Position numbers and translations under genes: made by a program. A DNA stretch of 43,765 bases, from the UHGV virus genome UHGV-0479438. One strand, given 5' to 3'. Origin of the DNA: a virus. The notes beneath the pieces are model-generated. The model was not told where the DNA came from. It saw nothing but the letters and a program-made list of their open reading frames with translations, and searched no databases. How positions within the stretch are numbered: position 1 is the first letter of the stretch; each line of letters begins with the position of its first letter. Positions 15,740-26,086 of this stretch are shown here, one piece after another.

Positions 15740-16911
15740 TGGCAGCAAAAGCCAATATAATCAAAAGCGCGGACATACAGGTTACAGCGCGTGAAATTGA
15801 TTTTGTGACACGCTTTGAAAGGAACTGGCAGCATCTTCGGGACATTCTGGGGATTATGCGCCCCATCAAGAAAACGCCGGGGGCAGTGCTGAAAAGCAAA
15901 TATGCAGAAGGAACTTTACAGAGCGGGGCTGTAGGCGAAGGAGAGGAAATCCCTTACAGCAAATTCACAGTAAAGGAAAAGACGTATGCGGAAATGACCA
16001 TTGAGAAGTATGCAAAGGCCGTTTCCATTGAAGCAATTAAAGACCACGGCTATGAAAATGCCGTTCAGATGACAGACGATGAATTTTTGTTCCAGCTTCA
16101 GTCGAATGTAACAGAACGATTCTATACATATCTGAATACTGGTACACTTACTGGAACGGAAACTACATTCCAGATGGCCCTTGCTATGGCAAAAGGAATG
16201 GTAGAAAACAAATTCAAACAGATGCACCGTAATGTTACGGGGGTGGTTGGATTTGTGAATATTCTGGATGTATATCAGTACCTGGGTGCCGCTGAAATCA
16301 CTGTGCAGAATCAGTTTGGTTTCCAGTATCTTAAGGATTTCATGGGATTCAATACAATCTTTCTGCTATCTGATTCTGAAATAGAAAGTGGAAAAGTAAT
16401 AGCTACACCAGTGGAAAACATTGTAATGTACTATGTAGACCCAAACGAAAGTGATTTTGCACGTGCCGGTCTGGTGTATACGACTGGGGACGGGGATACA
16501 AACCTTATCGGATTCCATACCCAGGGTAATTACAATACCGCTGTTTCCGAAGCATTTGCAATCATGGGACTTACCTTGTTTGCAGAATATATTGACGGAA
16601 TCGCAGTTGTTGATATTACTGATAATCCCGTTCTTGGAACACTGACGGTAACTTCTTCGGCCGGAAGCACATCAGGAAACACAAAATTAACCGTTGAACC
16701 TCCCCTCGAAACAGGACACATGTACAAGTACAAAGTGGCAACTGATTCCGCTCCAGAAGTGAAATATGGTCAGAATGTAAAGACGTGGACAGCATGGGAC
16801 GGTAAATCTGATATCAAGGCAACGACCGGGAATCATATCACAGTAGTTGAGTGTGACAATACCTATAAGGCGTTGAAATCTGGAAATGACGATGTAACGT
16901 CTCACTCTTAA
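15739..16911 (+). CDS. major capsid protein
   Basis: 390 aa, follows the scaffold gene. Size and position are typical. Confidence 0.7.
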   Translation: MAAKANIIKSADIQVTAREIDFVTRFERNWQHLRDILGIMRPIKKTPGAVLKSKYAEGTLQSGAVGEGEEIPYSKFTVKEKTYAEMTIEKYAKAVSIEAIKDHGYENAVQMTDDEFLFQLQSNVTERFYTYLNTGTLTGTETTFQMALAMAKGMVENKFKQMHRNVTGVVGFVNILDVYQYLGAAEITVQNQFGFQYLKDFMGFNTIFLLSDSEIESGKVIATPVENIVMYYVDPNESDFARAGLVYTTGDGDTNLIGFHTQGNYNTAVSEAFAIMGLTLFAEYIDGIAVVDITDNPVLGTLTVTSSAGSTSGNTKLTVEPPLETGHMYKYKVATDSAPEVKYGQNVKTWTAWDGKSDIKATTGNHITVVECDNTYKALKSGNDDVTSHS

Positions 16912-16928
16912 AGAAAGGAGAATCCGGC

Positions 16929-17426
16929 ATGGCATATGCAGACTATGAGTTTTACACAACAAAATACTACGGCAGTTCCATACCGGATTCCCAATCATTT
17001 GATAAGCAGGCAGAACGGGCAAGCGACTTCCTTGATAAAATAACATTTGACAGATTGGTTGACGGCCTCCCAGATAATGAACGAGTGCAAACCAAAATCA
17101 AGAAAGCCGTATGTGCATTAGCTGATAAACTGTATGGTTTGGAACTGGCAGAAAAACAGGCGCTATCTGCCGCCGCGGGAAGTATAACCAGCGGGACCGG
17201 CGGCGCAACCACAGGCGTTATCACGTCAAAGTCATCCGGTTCCGAATCAATCAGCTATGCATCCCCGTCAGAAATAGCTAACGGAGCTAAAGCCTGGAGT
17301 GATATATATTCTGCGGCGGGGAATAAACAGGAAACAAATAATCCCCTGTATGATACTGCAAAGGTGTATCTGATGGGAGTAAGAGATAATAATGGCGTTC
17401 CATTGCTGTACGCCGGAATGGGGTAG
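16929..17426 (+). CDS. head-tail connector / adaptor candidate
   Basis: RBS AAAGGAGAATCC. Position after the capsid gene. Confidence 0.4.
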   Translation: MAYADYEFYTTKYYGSSIPDSQSFDKQAERASDFLDKITFDRLVDGLPDNERVQTKIKKAVCALADKLYGLELAEKQALSAAAGSITSGTGGATTGVITSKSSGSESISYASPSEIANGAKAWSDIYSAAGNKQETNNPLYDTAKVYLMGVRDNNGVPLLYAGMG

Positions 17427-17428
17427 AT

Positions 17429-17692
17429 ATGGATATAACGACATTGGGAACATGTGTGGCTATTGTGGCTTTAAGCTATGTGGTTGGTCTTGGATGCAAA
17501 GCGGCAAAGAAGATACCGGACGAATGGATTCCGGTCATTATGGCTGTAGTGGGTGGCGCTTTGGGCGCGCTTGGAATGGGAACCATACCAGACTTCCCGG
17601 CAACTGACTATATCACGGCTGTAGCGGTAGGCGCTGTGTCTGGTCTGGCGGCTACGGGGGTTAACCAGATGTATAAGCAGATGAATAAATAA
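17429..17692 (+). CDS. holin-like small membrane protein
   Basis: 87 aa with 2-3 transmembrane segments and a charged C-terminus (YKQMNK). Confidence 0.4.
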   Translation: MDITTLGTCVAIVALSYVVGLGCKAAKKIPDEWIPVIMAVVGGALGALGMGTIPDFPATDYITAVAVGAVSGLAATGVNQMYKQMNK

Positions 17693-17707
17693 CGGAGGGG
17701 ATACCTT

Positions 17708-18175
17708 ATGTACAATGCCACGGTGACTGTTTTTAACTATTATGAATCATCCACAACTGGCATTGGTATTTGGTATCCCCATGTATTATCTGGTGTTGAC
17801 CTTAATACTGACAAAGGCGCAATACTAAAAAAGTATGGGCCAGACAGCACGGATAATGCCGAATTACACATAATCTACGAGTTACAAGACGGTAAACAGA
17901 TAATCCGTGATACTGATGGCAAAGTATTGCCCTGGCTCCCTCCGAAGGAGTGGAGGAGACAGGTAAATGATTTGCTGGATGATACTATTACATTTGATTT
18001 TTCAGACGATTGCTTTTTCTGGGAAGGGGTATGGGATAATGGCCCGGTAAACGATGAAGATTATCGTGGTGGGTTTTATGCCTATATGAATAATCAGTAT
18101 GACTTCGTATATTTGGTATCCTCTGTTGGCGGTCCATACTCTGTGATTCCTCACTTTGAGATATTGGGGAAATAA
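17708..18175 (+). CDS. head-tail joining protein candidate
   Basis: Synteny. Confidence 0.4.
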   Translation: MYNATVTVFNYYESSTTGIGIWYPHVLSGVDLNTDKGAILKKYGPDSTDNAELHIIYELQDGKQIIRDTDGKVLPWLPPKEWRRQVNDLLDDTITFDFSDDCFFWEGVWDNGPVNDEDYRGGFYAYMNNQYDFVYLVSSVGGPYSVIPHFEILGK

Positions 18176-18176
18176 T

Positions 18177-18668
18177 ATGGAAAGTAAAACAACACATTTT
18201 AAAGGATTCTCCGTTGTTGACGGTGATATCAAAATCAAGCTTAATTTGACCCGGTTTGATAAGCAATTCCAGCGCGCGCAGTATCAGCTTGATGGCAATG
18301 TCATGAATAGTATGGTTCCTTTTATGCCGATGGTCACAGGCGATTTTGTGGATGTTACCAGAGCAGCGAGTGCCGCAGTACAAGGGAGTGGAAAAGCATA
18401 TGCCGCCTATGGCCCTGCTGGTCGTTTTTTATACCGGGGTAAAACTATGGTTAGCGCTGTTACTGGTAGTACCTGGGCTACAAAGGGTACTAAAAAGGTA
18501 TTAGTAAGCCAATATGGAGGAAAAACCAAAGCAAAAGAGGATTTACAGTATACCAAAACAGCTCATCCTAAGGCACAGGCTAAATGGTTTGATGCAGCAA
18601 AAAAAGCAGATGGTAAATCATGGATAAAGCAAGCCAAGAAAACGGCTGGAGGTGGAAAGCGTGGGTGA
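18177..18668 (+). CDS. minor capsid / head closure protein candidate
   Basis: In frame with track ORF 18156..18668. ATG follows GGGGAAATAAT. Confidence 0.45.
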   Translation: MESKTTHFKGFSVVDGDIKIKLNLTRFDKQFQRAQYQLDGNVMNSMVPFMPMVTGDFVDVTRAASAAVQGSGKAYAAYGPAGRFLYRGKTMVSAVTGSTWATKGTKKVLVSQYGGKTKAKEDLQYTKTAHPKAQAKWFDAAKKADGKSWIKQAKKTAGGGKRG

Positions 18669-19167
18669 TGAACGAAAACCAATAGGAAAAGATGCAAGCG
18701 GATATGATGTGCTGACAATCGCTGTAAAGGCCTTGCTTAATCAATTCCCCGGTTTATATGAAAATGAAACCGTTAAGTTTGAAGAATTGGGCGAGGATAG
18801 TGGGATTGCATTTTCGGCAGATAATGGAGCCTTAATCTTTTCTGAGACTGAGGATGTACTGGGTGGAGTGCGCCAGACCTGCCAGTATCCCTTCTATATT
18901 ATATACCGTACATCATCCACAAAAGAGCGGCAGAAAATGAGTATACAGGAATTTCTTGATACATTTGGAAAGTGGTTATGCCGGGAGCCGGTTGTGATTA
19001 ATGGGAGTGAGCAACGATTATCAAAATATCCCACATTATCCCAGGGAAGGAAGATAACCAAAGTTACACGTGATAACTCATACGGCCTGGAACCGCAGGA
19101 AAGTGGTGTGCAGGACTGGATACTTCCAGTGTCAATAGAATATAAATATGATTTTGAAAGATGGTAG
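18661..19167 (+). CDS. tail completion / neck protein candidate
   Basis: In-frame GTG 9 nt after GGAGG. Synteny. Confidence 0.4.
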   Translation: MGDERKPIGKDASGYDVLTIAVKALLNQFPGLYENETVKFEELGEDSGIAFSADNGALIFSETEDVLGGVRQTCQYPFYIIYRTSSTKERQKMSIQEFLDTFGKWLCREPVVINGSEQRLSKYPTLSQGRKITKVTRDNSYGLEPQESGVQDWILPVSIEYKYDFERW

Positions 19168-19191
19168 AGCCAGACGCTAAGACGCAGAGCC
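19165..19191 (+). repeat. conserved element TAGAGCCAGACGCTAAGACGCAGAGCC (copy 2)
   Basis: Overlaps the TAG stop of the preceding gene and leads into the terminator stem. Confidence 0.5.
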
Positions 19192-19214
19192 TTGTGTGAT
19201 GGCTCTATTTTTTA
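19186..19214 (+). terminator. rho-independent terminator (AGAGCC-TTGTGTGAT-GGCTCT + ATTTTTTAT)
   Basis: Hairpin plus T-run upstream of the major tail gene. Confidence 0.5.
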
Positions 19215-19233
19215 TCTAGAAAGGAGATAAATA

Positions 19234-19749
19234 ATGGTTGAACGTAAATACCTTGCGCATTATTTAGATGCTGCTTTTGATACTACTTATGCGGCAACAG
19301 AATATGCAAGGCTGGGAAAAAATCTGGAAGAATACAGTGAAGAGTTAAATCCAGATGTAAATATAACCAAAAATATACTTGGGGAGCAGTCTGTGCAGCA
19401 TAGTGGATATGAAGTGCAGTCTGATGTAGACCCTTACTATTACGAAAATTACGATGATATCCTGTCAAACAAGATTATGGAACTGGCCAATACCAGGGCG
19501 ACTGGAGATAAATGCAAAACATCTATGGTAGATGTACTTCTTAAGCCTGGAGCAGATGAAGAAACAGCTCCTACAGTGGTATGGGCATACCGTGAAGATG
19601 TATATGTTATCCCCAATAGTGTAGGCGGTGATACATCCGGCATTCAGACACCATTTACAGTATACAAGGCTGGAAATCGCATTAAAGGTACATGGAATGT
19701 TGAGACAAAGAAGTTCACCACAGCTTCTAGCGCTAGTCTGAGCGATTAA
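19234..19749 (+). CDS. major tail protein
   Basis: 171 aa with strong RBS AAAGGAGATAAATA, directly after the terminator and before the chaperone/TMP genes. Confidence 0.5.
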   Translation: MVERKYLAHYLDAAFDTTYAATEYARLGKNLEEYSEELNPDVNITKNILGEQSVQHSGYEVQSDVDPYYYENYDDILSNKIMELANTRATGDKCKTSMVDVLLKPGADEETAPTVVWAYREDVYVIPNSVGGDTSGIQTPFTVYKAGNRIKGTWNVETKKFTTASSASLSD

Positions 19750-19759
19750 TGGAGGAATT

Positions 19760-20161
19760 ATGGCAAGACAGATTACCCTTAATGACAGGGAATGGATTGA
19801 GATTGTAAATTCGGGAAAGGAAGTGACAGGTGGATTTTGGTGGAATCCATCTGATTTAGATATTGCCAAGCGTTGTGAGAATGTACTCAACTATTTCAAT
19901 GGTATAGAAGTTGATAAAGAAGCAGATTTCTTTGCTATATCTGATGAAATTAAGAAGCAATTTAACTATCTTCTTGGCTCAGATAACGCCTCAGAAGAAT
20001 TATTCAAGCATTGCAACCCACTTTCCCCGCGTTCGGATGGAACCTTTTACGCAGAATATGTGCTTGACACATTGGTTAAGTTTATTGAATCCGAAATGAA
20101 AACCAGAATTAAGAAAAGCGAATCCCGGATTAAGAAATACACCGAGAAATATGGCCGATGA
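19760..20161 (+). CDS. tail assembly chaperone candidate
   Basis: Position before TMP. RBS TGGAGGAATT. Confidence 0.4.
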   Translation: MARQITLNDREWIEIVNSGKEVTGGFWWNPSDLDIAKRCENVLNYFNGIEVDKEADFFAISDEIKKQFNYLLGSDNASEELFKHCNPLSPRSDGTFYAEYVLDTLVKFIESEMKTRIKKSESRIKKYTEKYGR

Positions 20162-20712
20162 ATACATACGATTTGCCGAAGTCACTTAAGGTTGCAGGAA
20201 AAGACTATGCTATTGAAAGCGATTTTAGAGTGATTATTGATATTTTGATTGATATGTCTGACCCGGAACTCAATGAATGGGAGAAACAGGAAATAATGTT
20301 CCGAATCATGTACCCGGATTATCAAGACATTCCTCCAGAAGCCAAGTCAGAGGCATGCCAAAAGGCAGTTGATTTCATTGATTACAACCTGCCTTCTGGC
20401 AAACCACAGCCCAAAACCATGGACTGGGAACAGGATGCTCCTATTATTATCCCGGCAGTCAATAAGATTGCTGGGATGGAGGTAAGGTCTGTGCCATACC
20501 TGCACTGGTGGACATTCATGGGGTATTTCATGGAAATTGGAGATGGACTTGTATCTCAGGTGTGGGCAATCCGGCAGAAACGAGCCAGAGGAAAAAAACT
20601 GGACAAGTGGGAAAAGGAATTTGAACGAAGCAATCCAGAATTGATAAAGCTTAAGAAGATATACAGCGAGAAACAACAAAAGGAAATCAACAACATCGAA
20701 AAATGGCTGTAA
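20158..20712 (+). CDS. Gp15-family / tail assembly protein candidate
   Basis: ATGA overlap with the previous gene. Position immediately before TMP. Confidence 0.45.
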   Translation: MNTYDLPKSLKVAGKDYAIESDFRVIIDILIDMSDPELNEWEKQEIMFRIMYPDYQDIPPEAKSEACQKAVDFIDYNLPSGKPQPKTMDWEQDAPIIIPAVNKIAGMEVRSVPYLHWWTFMGYFMEIGDGLVSQVWAIRQKRARGKKLDKWEKEFERSNPELIKLKKIYSEKQQKEINNIEKWL

Positions 20713-20724
20713 TGAGGTGATGAA

Positions 20725-23526
20725 ATGCAAGCTGATGGCACAGTACTTATAGACACTAGCATTAAAACTGATGGATTTGAAAGTGGTGCAAAAGATTTAG
20801 AGCTTGCTATTCGTAGAATGGCTAAATCAATAGAAGGGCTTGGAGATAAAGCTAAGATTTCATTGCAGAAACAGGTTGATTCTTTTGCTAAATTAAATAA
20901 TCAATATTCACAGCAGGCCAAAAAAGTTAATGATTTAGAAAATAAATTAGAAGAACTTAAGGGAAAGCAAATAGAGACTGACACTTTTAAATCACTTACA
21001 AAGGAAATTGATAGTGCCCAAAATAAACTTGATACATTTTACGGTAACATTAGAAAGATGGAAAAATCAGGAGTTTCCCCCAGCTCCTCTGGCTACAAAA
21101 AAGCTATTGCGCAAATAGATATATATGAACAAAAGGTAAAATCTTTATATGCTGAGAGGAATGCTCTGGTCTCTTCTGGAAATGCATATACCCCTGTAGA
21201 TACAACGGCACTGGAAGAAAAATTGATTTTAGAAAGAACTAAACTCGAAAACATTAACAATCGTTTAAATACATCTTATATGTCACTTAAACAAAAAATG
21301 TCAGAGTATGGAGGTAATTTAAGTCTATTATCAAATAAAACTCTTAAATCTTCCGCTGAGATTGGAATGCTCCAAAGCTCTTTGAATGGATTGCAAGTTG
21401 TACTTAATGGCTTAAAAGCATTACCTTCAATTGTTGCAACTAATTTAAAAGCACTTCCGTCTAAAGCGGTAATTGCTGGAATCAATGGACTAAAAAGCGG
21501 ATTTTCAAAACTTATATCCGTTATAAAAAAAGTTGCAAAGGAAGCCCAGAAAGCGGCCTTAGCATTTGCCCAGATGGTAGGAAAAGGTATAGTTGGTAAA
21601 CTCAAAAAGATAAGTGCTGGCATCTTTGGATTAAACAAAAATACAAATAAAGCCAGAGGTTCATTTGGGAAAATGCTTACAACATCACTCTTGATGGGAA
21701 CTGCATTTATGGCATTAAGTTCCATATTGAGAGGTATGAAAGATGGAATAAATAATCTGGCAAAATATTCAGATGAAACCAATGCCACACTTTCAACACT
21801 GAAATCGTCCTTAACACAGTTGAAAAATGCACTAGCAACAGCGTTTGCCCCTATCTTTAGTGCTGTTGCTCCTGCATTAAATAGCCTTATTAAGCTATTA
21901 ACATCTGCCGCAACTGCCGTGTCAAGGCTTATTGCTGCATTAACTGGTAAGAATACATTTGTTAAAGCAAAAGAAGTACAGCAAGACTATGCTGAGAGCT
22001 TAGAAGAAACAGGAAGTGCGGCAGAAGAAGCAGAAGGAGCATTGGCATCATTTGATAAATTGAATGTTGCACAGGATAATTCAAACAAGGGTGGCGGCGG
22101 AGGTGGTGGAGACTTATCACCCAATGATATGTTTGAAACCGTAGAAGTCGAACCTTTGAACTTTGATTCCTGGGGTGAGGCTTTCAGTTCGTTTTTGGAT
22201 TATTTACTTAATAATGGTATTCCTGCTTTAAGAAACGCATTAACCGGGTTGGCAAACTGGATAAATACCTTTGCGGCAAATTTGTATGAGATGTTTACTT
22301 TCCCAGGAGTGCGTGAAAAAGTACAGTTATTAGGAACTGAACTTGCAAATGCTTTAAATGATTTCACAAATCAAATTGACTGGGCTATGATTGGAAAGGC
22401 TCTTGGTGCCGGCTTTGATTTAGCTGTTCAATTTTTGGTTAGTTTTATTTGGACATATGATTGGATGAATTTAGGCGCATCACTTGCAGAAATGGTGAAT
22501 AATGCGCTTGAACAGGTGGACTGGTATTCGTTTGGAAAACTATTGTGGGCTAAATTCAAGATTATGATAGAAACAGCTGCCGGTTTTTTACTGAATCTTG
22601 ATATGAAAGAACTTGCAAAGGCAGCGTCTAACATTGCAATTGGTTTTTTTGATTCGATAACTGAAACAATTCAAAATATTGACTGGAAAAAACTTGGAGA
22701 GCAAATTAGGGATTTCTTAATCAATGTGGACTGGGCCGGTATAGCTGAATCAGTTTTTAAGGCTATAGGGGCAGCGTTTGGCGCAGCAGCAAATTTTTTA
22801 ATTGGTTTACTTGGAGAAGCCTGGGATTCTGTTGTTGAATGGTGGCATGATGTTGCTTTTGAGGACGGAAAATTCACAATAACAGGATTGCTTAACGGAA
22901 TTCTTGATGCATTAAAAAATATAGGAAACTGGATAGAAGAACATATATTTAAGCCTTTTATTGACGGTTTTAAAAGCGTATTTGGAATTAACAGTCCATC
23001 TAAAGTTATGAGCGAAATGGGCGAATTTTTAATGGAAGGATTATTAGGTGGAATTACAGGTTTGATTCCGTCTATAGTCGATAAATTCGGTGAATTAAAA
23101 GATAAAGTTGTAGAAAAACTCCAAGGAATCGCAGATAAAATAAAAGAAGTACTGTTTGGATATGATGATTTAGAAAAGGCCGGGAAAACCAAAAGTATAA
23201 AAGGAAGTTTTGCAAGTAATGTTATCTCTGTTATTCCGCGGTCAAGTGAAGTTTATCTCCCCCGCCTGGCATCAGGCACTGTAGTTCCACCGCGGGCCGG
23301 AGAATTCGCCGCAATACTGGGAGACAACAAAAGAGAAACCGAAGTAGTTTCCCCAATATCAACCATGAAACAGGCATTAAAAGAAGCGCTGAGCGACTTC
23401 GGAGGAATAGGTGGCGGAGATATCCATCTGACAGTAAACTTGGAAGGAAAGGCTATTTATGACACTGTAGTCAAGAGGAACCGAATGGAAAAAAACAGAA
23501 CAGGGAGCAATCCACTATTAGCGTAA
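20725..23526 (+). CDS. tail tape measure protein
   Basis: 933 aa. Long coiled-coil N-terminus, internal transmembrane/Gly-rich region and a G9 run. Canonical position. Confidence 0.8.
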   Translation: MQADGTVLIDTSIKTDGFESGAKDLELAIRRMAKSIEGLGDKAKISLQKQVDSFAKLNNQYSQQAKKVNDLENKLEELKGKQIETDTFKSLTKEIDSAQNKLDTFYGNIRKMEKSGVSPSSSGYKKAIAQIDIYEQKVKSLYAERNALVSSGNAYTPVDTTALEEKLILERTKLENINNRLNTSYMSLKQKMSEYGGNLSLLSNKTLKSSAEIGMLQSSLNGLQVVLNGLKALPSIVATNLKALPSKAVIAGINGLKSGFSKLISVIKKVAKEAQKAALAFAQMVGKGIVGKLKKISAGIFGLNKNTNKARGSFGKMLTTSLLMGTAFMALSSILRGMKDGINNLAKYSDETNATLSTLKSSLTQLKNALATAFAPIFSAVAPALNSLIKLLTSAATAVSRLIAALTGKNTFVKAKEVQQDYAESLEETGSAAEEAEGALASFDKLNVAQDNSNKGGGGGGGDLSPNDMFETVEVEPLNFDSWGEAFSSFLDYLLNNGIPALRNALTGLANWINTFAANLYEMFTFPGVREKVQLLGTELANALNDFTNQIDWAMIGKALGAGFDLAVQFLVSFIWTYDWMNLGASLAEMVNNALEQVDWYSFGKLLWAKFKIMIETAAGFLLNLDMKELAKAASNIAIGFFDSITETIQNIDWKKLGEQIRDFLINVDWAGIAESVFKAIGAAFGAAANFLIGLLGEAWDSVVEWWHDVAFEDGKFTITGLLNGILDALKNIGNWIEEHIFKPFIDGFKSVFGINSPSKVMSEMGEFLMEGLLGGITGLIPSIVDKFGELKDKVVEKLQGIADKIKEVLFGYDDLEKAGKTKSIKGSFASNVISVIPRSSEVYLPRLASGTVVPPRAGEFAAILGDNKRETEVVSPISTMKQALKEALSDFGGIGGGDIHLTVNLEGKAIYDTVVKRNRMEKNRTGSNPLLA

Positions 23527-23529
23527 GGA

Positions 23530-23952
23530 GTGAGCGGTATGCAGAAGGATTACAGGGGATATCTAGTTATGTTTGGAAGTCATCAGCTTCCCAATTCTTT
23601 TCTTACCCGTTATGCCTCAACTCCTGACCAGAGAATTGAAAAAAAAGCCTGGAGGGATAACACGGAGGCTCTTCAGCGTGTTACCTCTCCCAATTATAAA
23701 ACGACATTAAATCTAGAAATCCGACCGCTGACTCAGCGAGAAAAAGACCTTTGGAACAGCATAAAGGCAGACGGAATTTTGGATGAAACGCAGCGTAAGT
23801 ATTCAGTTACATATTGGAACTTGGATACATGTGTGTATGGAACGGGTGAATTTTATGTTCCTGACACGGAATATGCAGTTAGCCATATATATGACAATGA
23901 TACAGGTGACATGCAATATGAGGCATTTACCCTGGAAATGATTCAGTATTAA
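23530..23952 (+). CDS. distal tail / tail component protein
   Basis: Directly after TMP. RBS AGGAGTGAG. Confidence 0.4.
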   Translation: MSGMQKDYRGYLVMFGSHQLPNSFLTRYASTPDQRIEKKAWRDNTEALQRVTSPNYKTTLNLEIRPLTQREKDLWNSIKADGILDETQRKYSVTYWNLDTCVYGTGEFYVPDTEYAVSHIYDNDTGDMQYEAFTLEMIQY

Positions 23953-23966
23953 GTGTAGGTGCTGAT

Positions 23967-25907
23967 ATGTTAGATGTAGAACAGAAATTCAAGGATTTAT
24001 ATAATTCATATGGTGGAAAGAAACTTAAATTAATGTTCTATAAGGATGATTACAGAGCATTGTACCCATCAGAGACATTATTTCCATCAGAACAACTTTA
24101 TCCGTCGGAAATGGATTCTGATGCGATAGATTTCGTCATTTCTGATGATATGATACAATCTGACAGCATGAAGATAATGGAAAGTCTGTCATCGGATGAG
24201 GATTTAAGCTTTGGCGCATGTGAATGCTCGCAGTTTGAGATTGTCGTGTCAAGATTGTCACGAAATATTGCGGGTAAAGAATTCCTTGTATCTGAACAGT
24301 TCGGAGAATATGAACTTATATTGGGACTCTTTACGGTTGATTCCACACCCAAGCAGGAAGATAAGGATACCAGAAAAATCATTGCATATGACCGTATGAA
24401 ACGCTTTGATGCGGATGTATCGGGGTGGTATAATCTTCTGTCCTTTCCGATGACATTAAGAGCATTTAGAAATTCTTTGTGTGAGTTTGTTGGAGTGAAT
24501 GAAGTAGAAAACACGGAATTAATAAACGATGATATGGAAGTGGAAAAGACACTTGAACCATCATCACTTAATGGGAGGGATGTATTAAAGTATATATGCC
24601 AAATCAATGGCACATTTGGAAATATTACTAAAAATGGTGAACTAAGATATGTTTCTGTACCAAAGAAAGATGATATAAGTGCAGAAATCACTGTATATAA
24701 GACCGTTGAGAGCGAAGAATACAATGTACCAGATATTGACACGGTGAAAATACAGCAGGAAGATGGGGACATAGGCGGAACCAGTGAAGGTGATGGGAAT
24801 AATGTCTATGTCATTGAAGGGAATCCGCTTGCGTATGGAAAAAACACATCCCAAATGATTACAATTGCCAATAACATAAAATCTGTGATAAGCAGCATAT
24901 CTTATTGTCCGGCAGAAATATCAACAAATGGTTCACCATGGATTGAAGTGGGAGATAGAATTAAGGTAGTGACTTCGGATGGGGTTATAAATACCATTGT
25001 CATGAAACGAGATTTGACAGGTATACAAGGTTCAATGGATTATTTTTCTAGCACGGGGAGTCAAGAACTCGAAAGAAAGTTTAACATAGAAAGCGAAATC
25101 ATTCAGGTAAAAGGGCTATCTGCAATTTTAAAGCGTACAGTTGAGGAAGTATCCAATGAATTAACCGACCTTGAACAGGAAACTATATCAATATTTACTC
25201 AAACGGCCCATGAAATCTCTCTTATGGTGAAAAAAGGGGATGTTACATCACAAATAAACTCCGAATTAAAGGTGACAGGAAATGCCATCGAACTTACAAC
25301 AGGACATTTTACAATCAATGCTAAAAATATGACTGTTGATAGTGGTGGAAATGCTACTTTTTCGGGTACTGTGTCCGGTGCGTCAATTGTTGGTGGGAGT
25401 ATAAGCATAGGAAATGGTAATTTCACTGTTTCTTCTGGTGGAATTGTGGAAGCCAAAAATGCAAAAATCACAGCAGCTACATTGAATGCTACAGGCATTA
25501 TATACGCTGAAAAAGGAATCAATTGTAATGGAGAAATAGAGGCGAGCATAGGTTCGATTGAAGAGATAAACACCCAGAGTATATATTGTACCGGTATGGT
25601 ATATGGTGGTGGATGGACACAAATATCTGACAGAAGAGAAAAGCGGGATATACAGGACATACCCACAGATACATGTATTGAAGTAATAAAAAGGTTGAAA
25701 CCTGTCGCTTACACGTTGATTGACAATGGAATTAGGGGAACGGGTTTTATCGCCCAAGATGTCAAGGAAATATCAGATGAAATGAATCTTGATTATCAAC
25801 TTGTAAGCTATTTTTCGGAACACAGAAGGTATGGTATAGAATACAAAAATTATATTGCGTTTCTGACCGGAGCTGTTCAACACATATTGGAAAGGTTGGG
25901 AGAATGA
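23967..25907 (+). CDS. tail fibre/spike protein with C-terminal intramolecular chaperone (S74-like) domain
   Basis: C-terminal GGGWTQISDRREKRDIQDIP...FIAQDVKEI matches the SD-x-R-x-K autocleavage/chaperone module of endosialidase-type fibres. Confidence 0.6.
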   Translation: MLDVEQKFKDLYNSYGGKKLKLMFYKDDYRALYPSETLFPSEQLYPSEMDSDAIDFVISDDMIQSDSMKIMESLSSDEDLSFGACECSQFEIVVSRLSRNIAGKEFLVSEQFGEYELILGLFTVDSTPKQEDKDTRKIIAYDRMKRFDADVSGWYNLLSFPMTLRAFRNSLCEFVGVNEVENTELINDDMEVEKTLEPSSLNGRDVLKYICQINGTFGNITKNGELRYVSVPKKDDISAEITVYKTVESEEYNVPDIDTVKIQQEDGDIGGTSEGDGNNVYVIEGNPLAYGKNTSQMITIANNIKSVISSISYCPAEISTNGSPWIEVGDRIKVVTSDGVINTIVMKRDLTGIQGSMDYFSSTGSQELERKFNIESEIIQVKGLSAILKRTVEEVSNELTDLEQETISIFTQTAHEISLMVKKGDVTSQINSELKVTGNAIELTTGHFTINAKNMTVDSGGNATFSGTVSGASIVGGSISIGNGNFTVSSGGIVEAKNAKITAATLNATGIIYAEKGINCNGEIEASIGSIEEINTQSIYCTGMVYGGGWTQISDRREKRDIQDIPTDTCIEVIKRLKPVAYTLIDNGIRGTGFIAQDVKEISDEMNLDYQLVSYFSEHRRYGIEYKNYIAFLTGAVQHILERLGE

Positions 25908-26086
25908 TGGATAAAATAGTATTATTTAAATATGAGGATGTGCGTAAGTTGGCAGACTGCATCAACTCCATACAAGTATCTGGCTTTGAAAATGCCAAGC
26001 TTATTTCAATTGCGGCCAATATCATTGACACTGGAAGAATAAAAAATAAGGATAGCATGGAAGGGGACGGCAATGAGACTGGATAG
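25904..26086 (+). CDS. hypothetical small protein
   Basis: ORF overlapping its neighbours by ATGA. Confidence 0.3.
   Translation: MMDKIVLFKYEDVRKLADCINSIQVSGFENAKLISIAANIIDTGRIKNKDSMEGDGNETG

Noticed and set aside
19760-20712. Programmed -1 frameshift between the two tail chaperone genes before the tape-measure gene
   Set aside because: The second ORF has its own ATG overlapping the first stop (ATGA). No slippery heptamer of the XXXYYYZ type is visible at the junction, so a frameshift fusion is not supported by the sequence alone.
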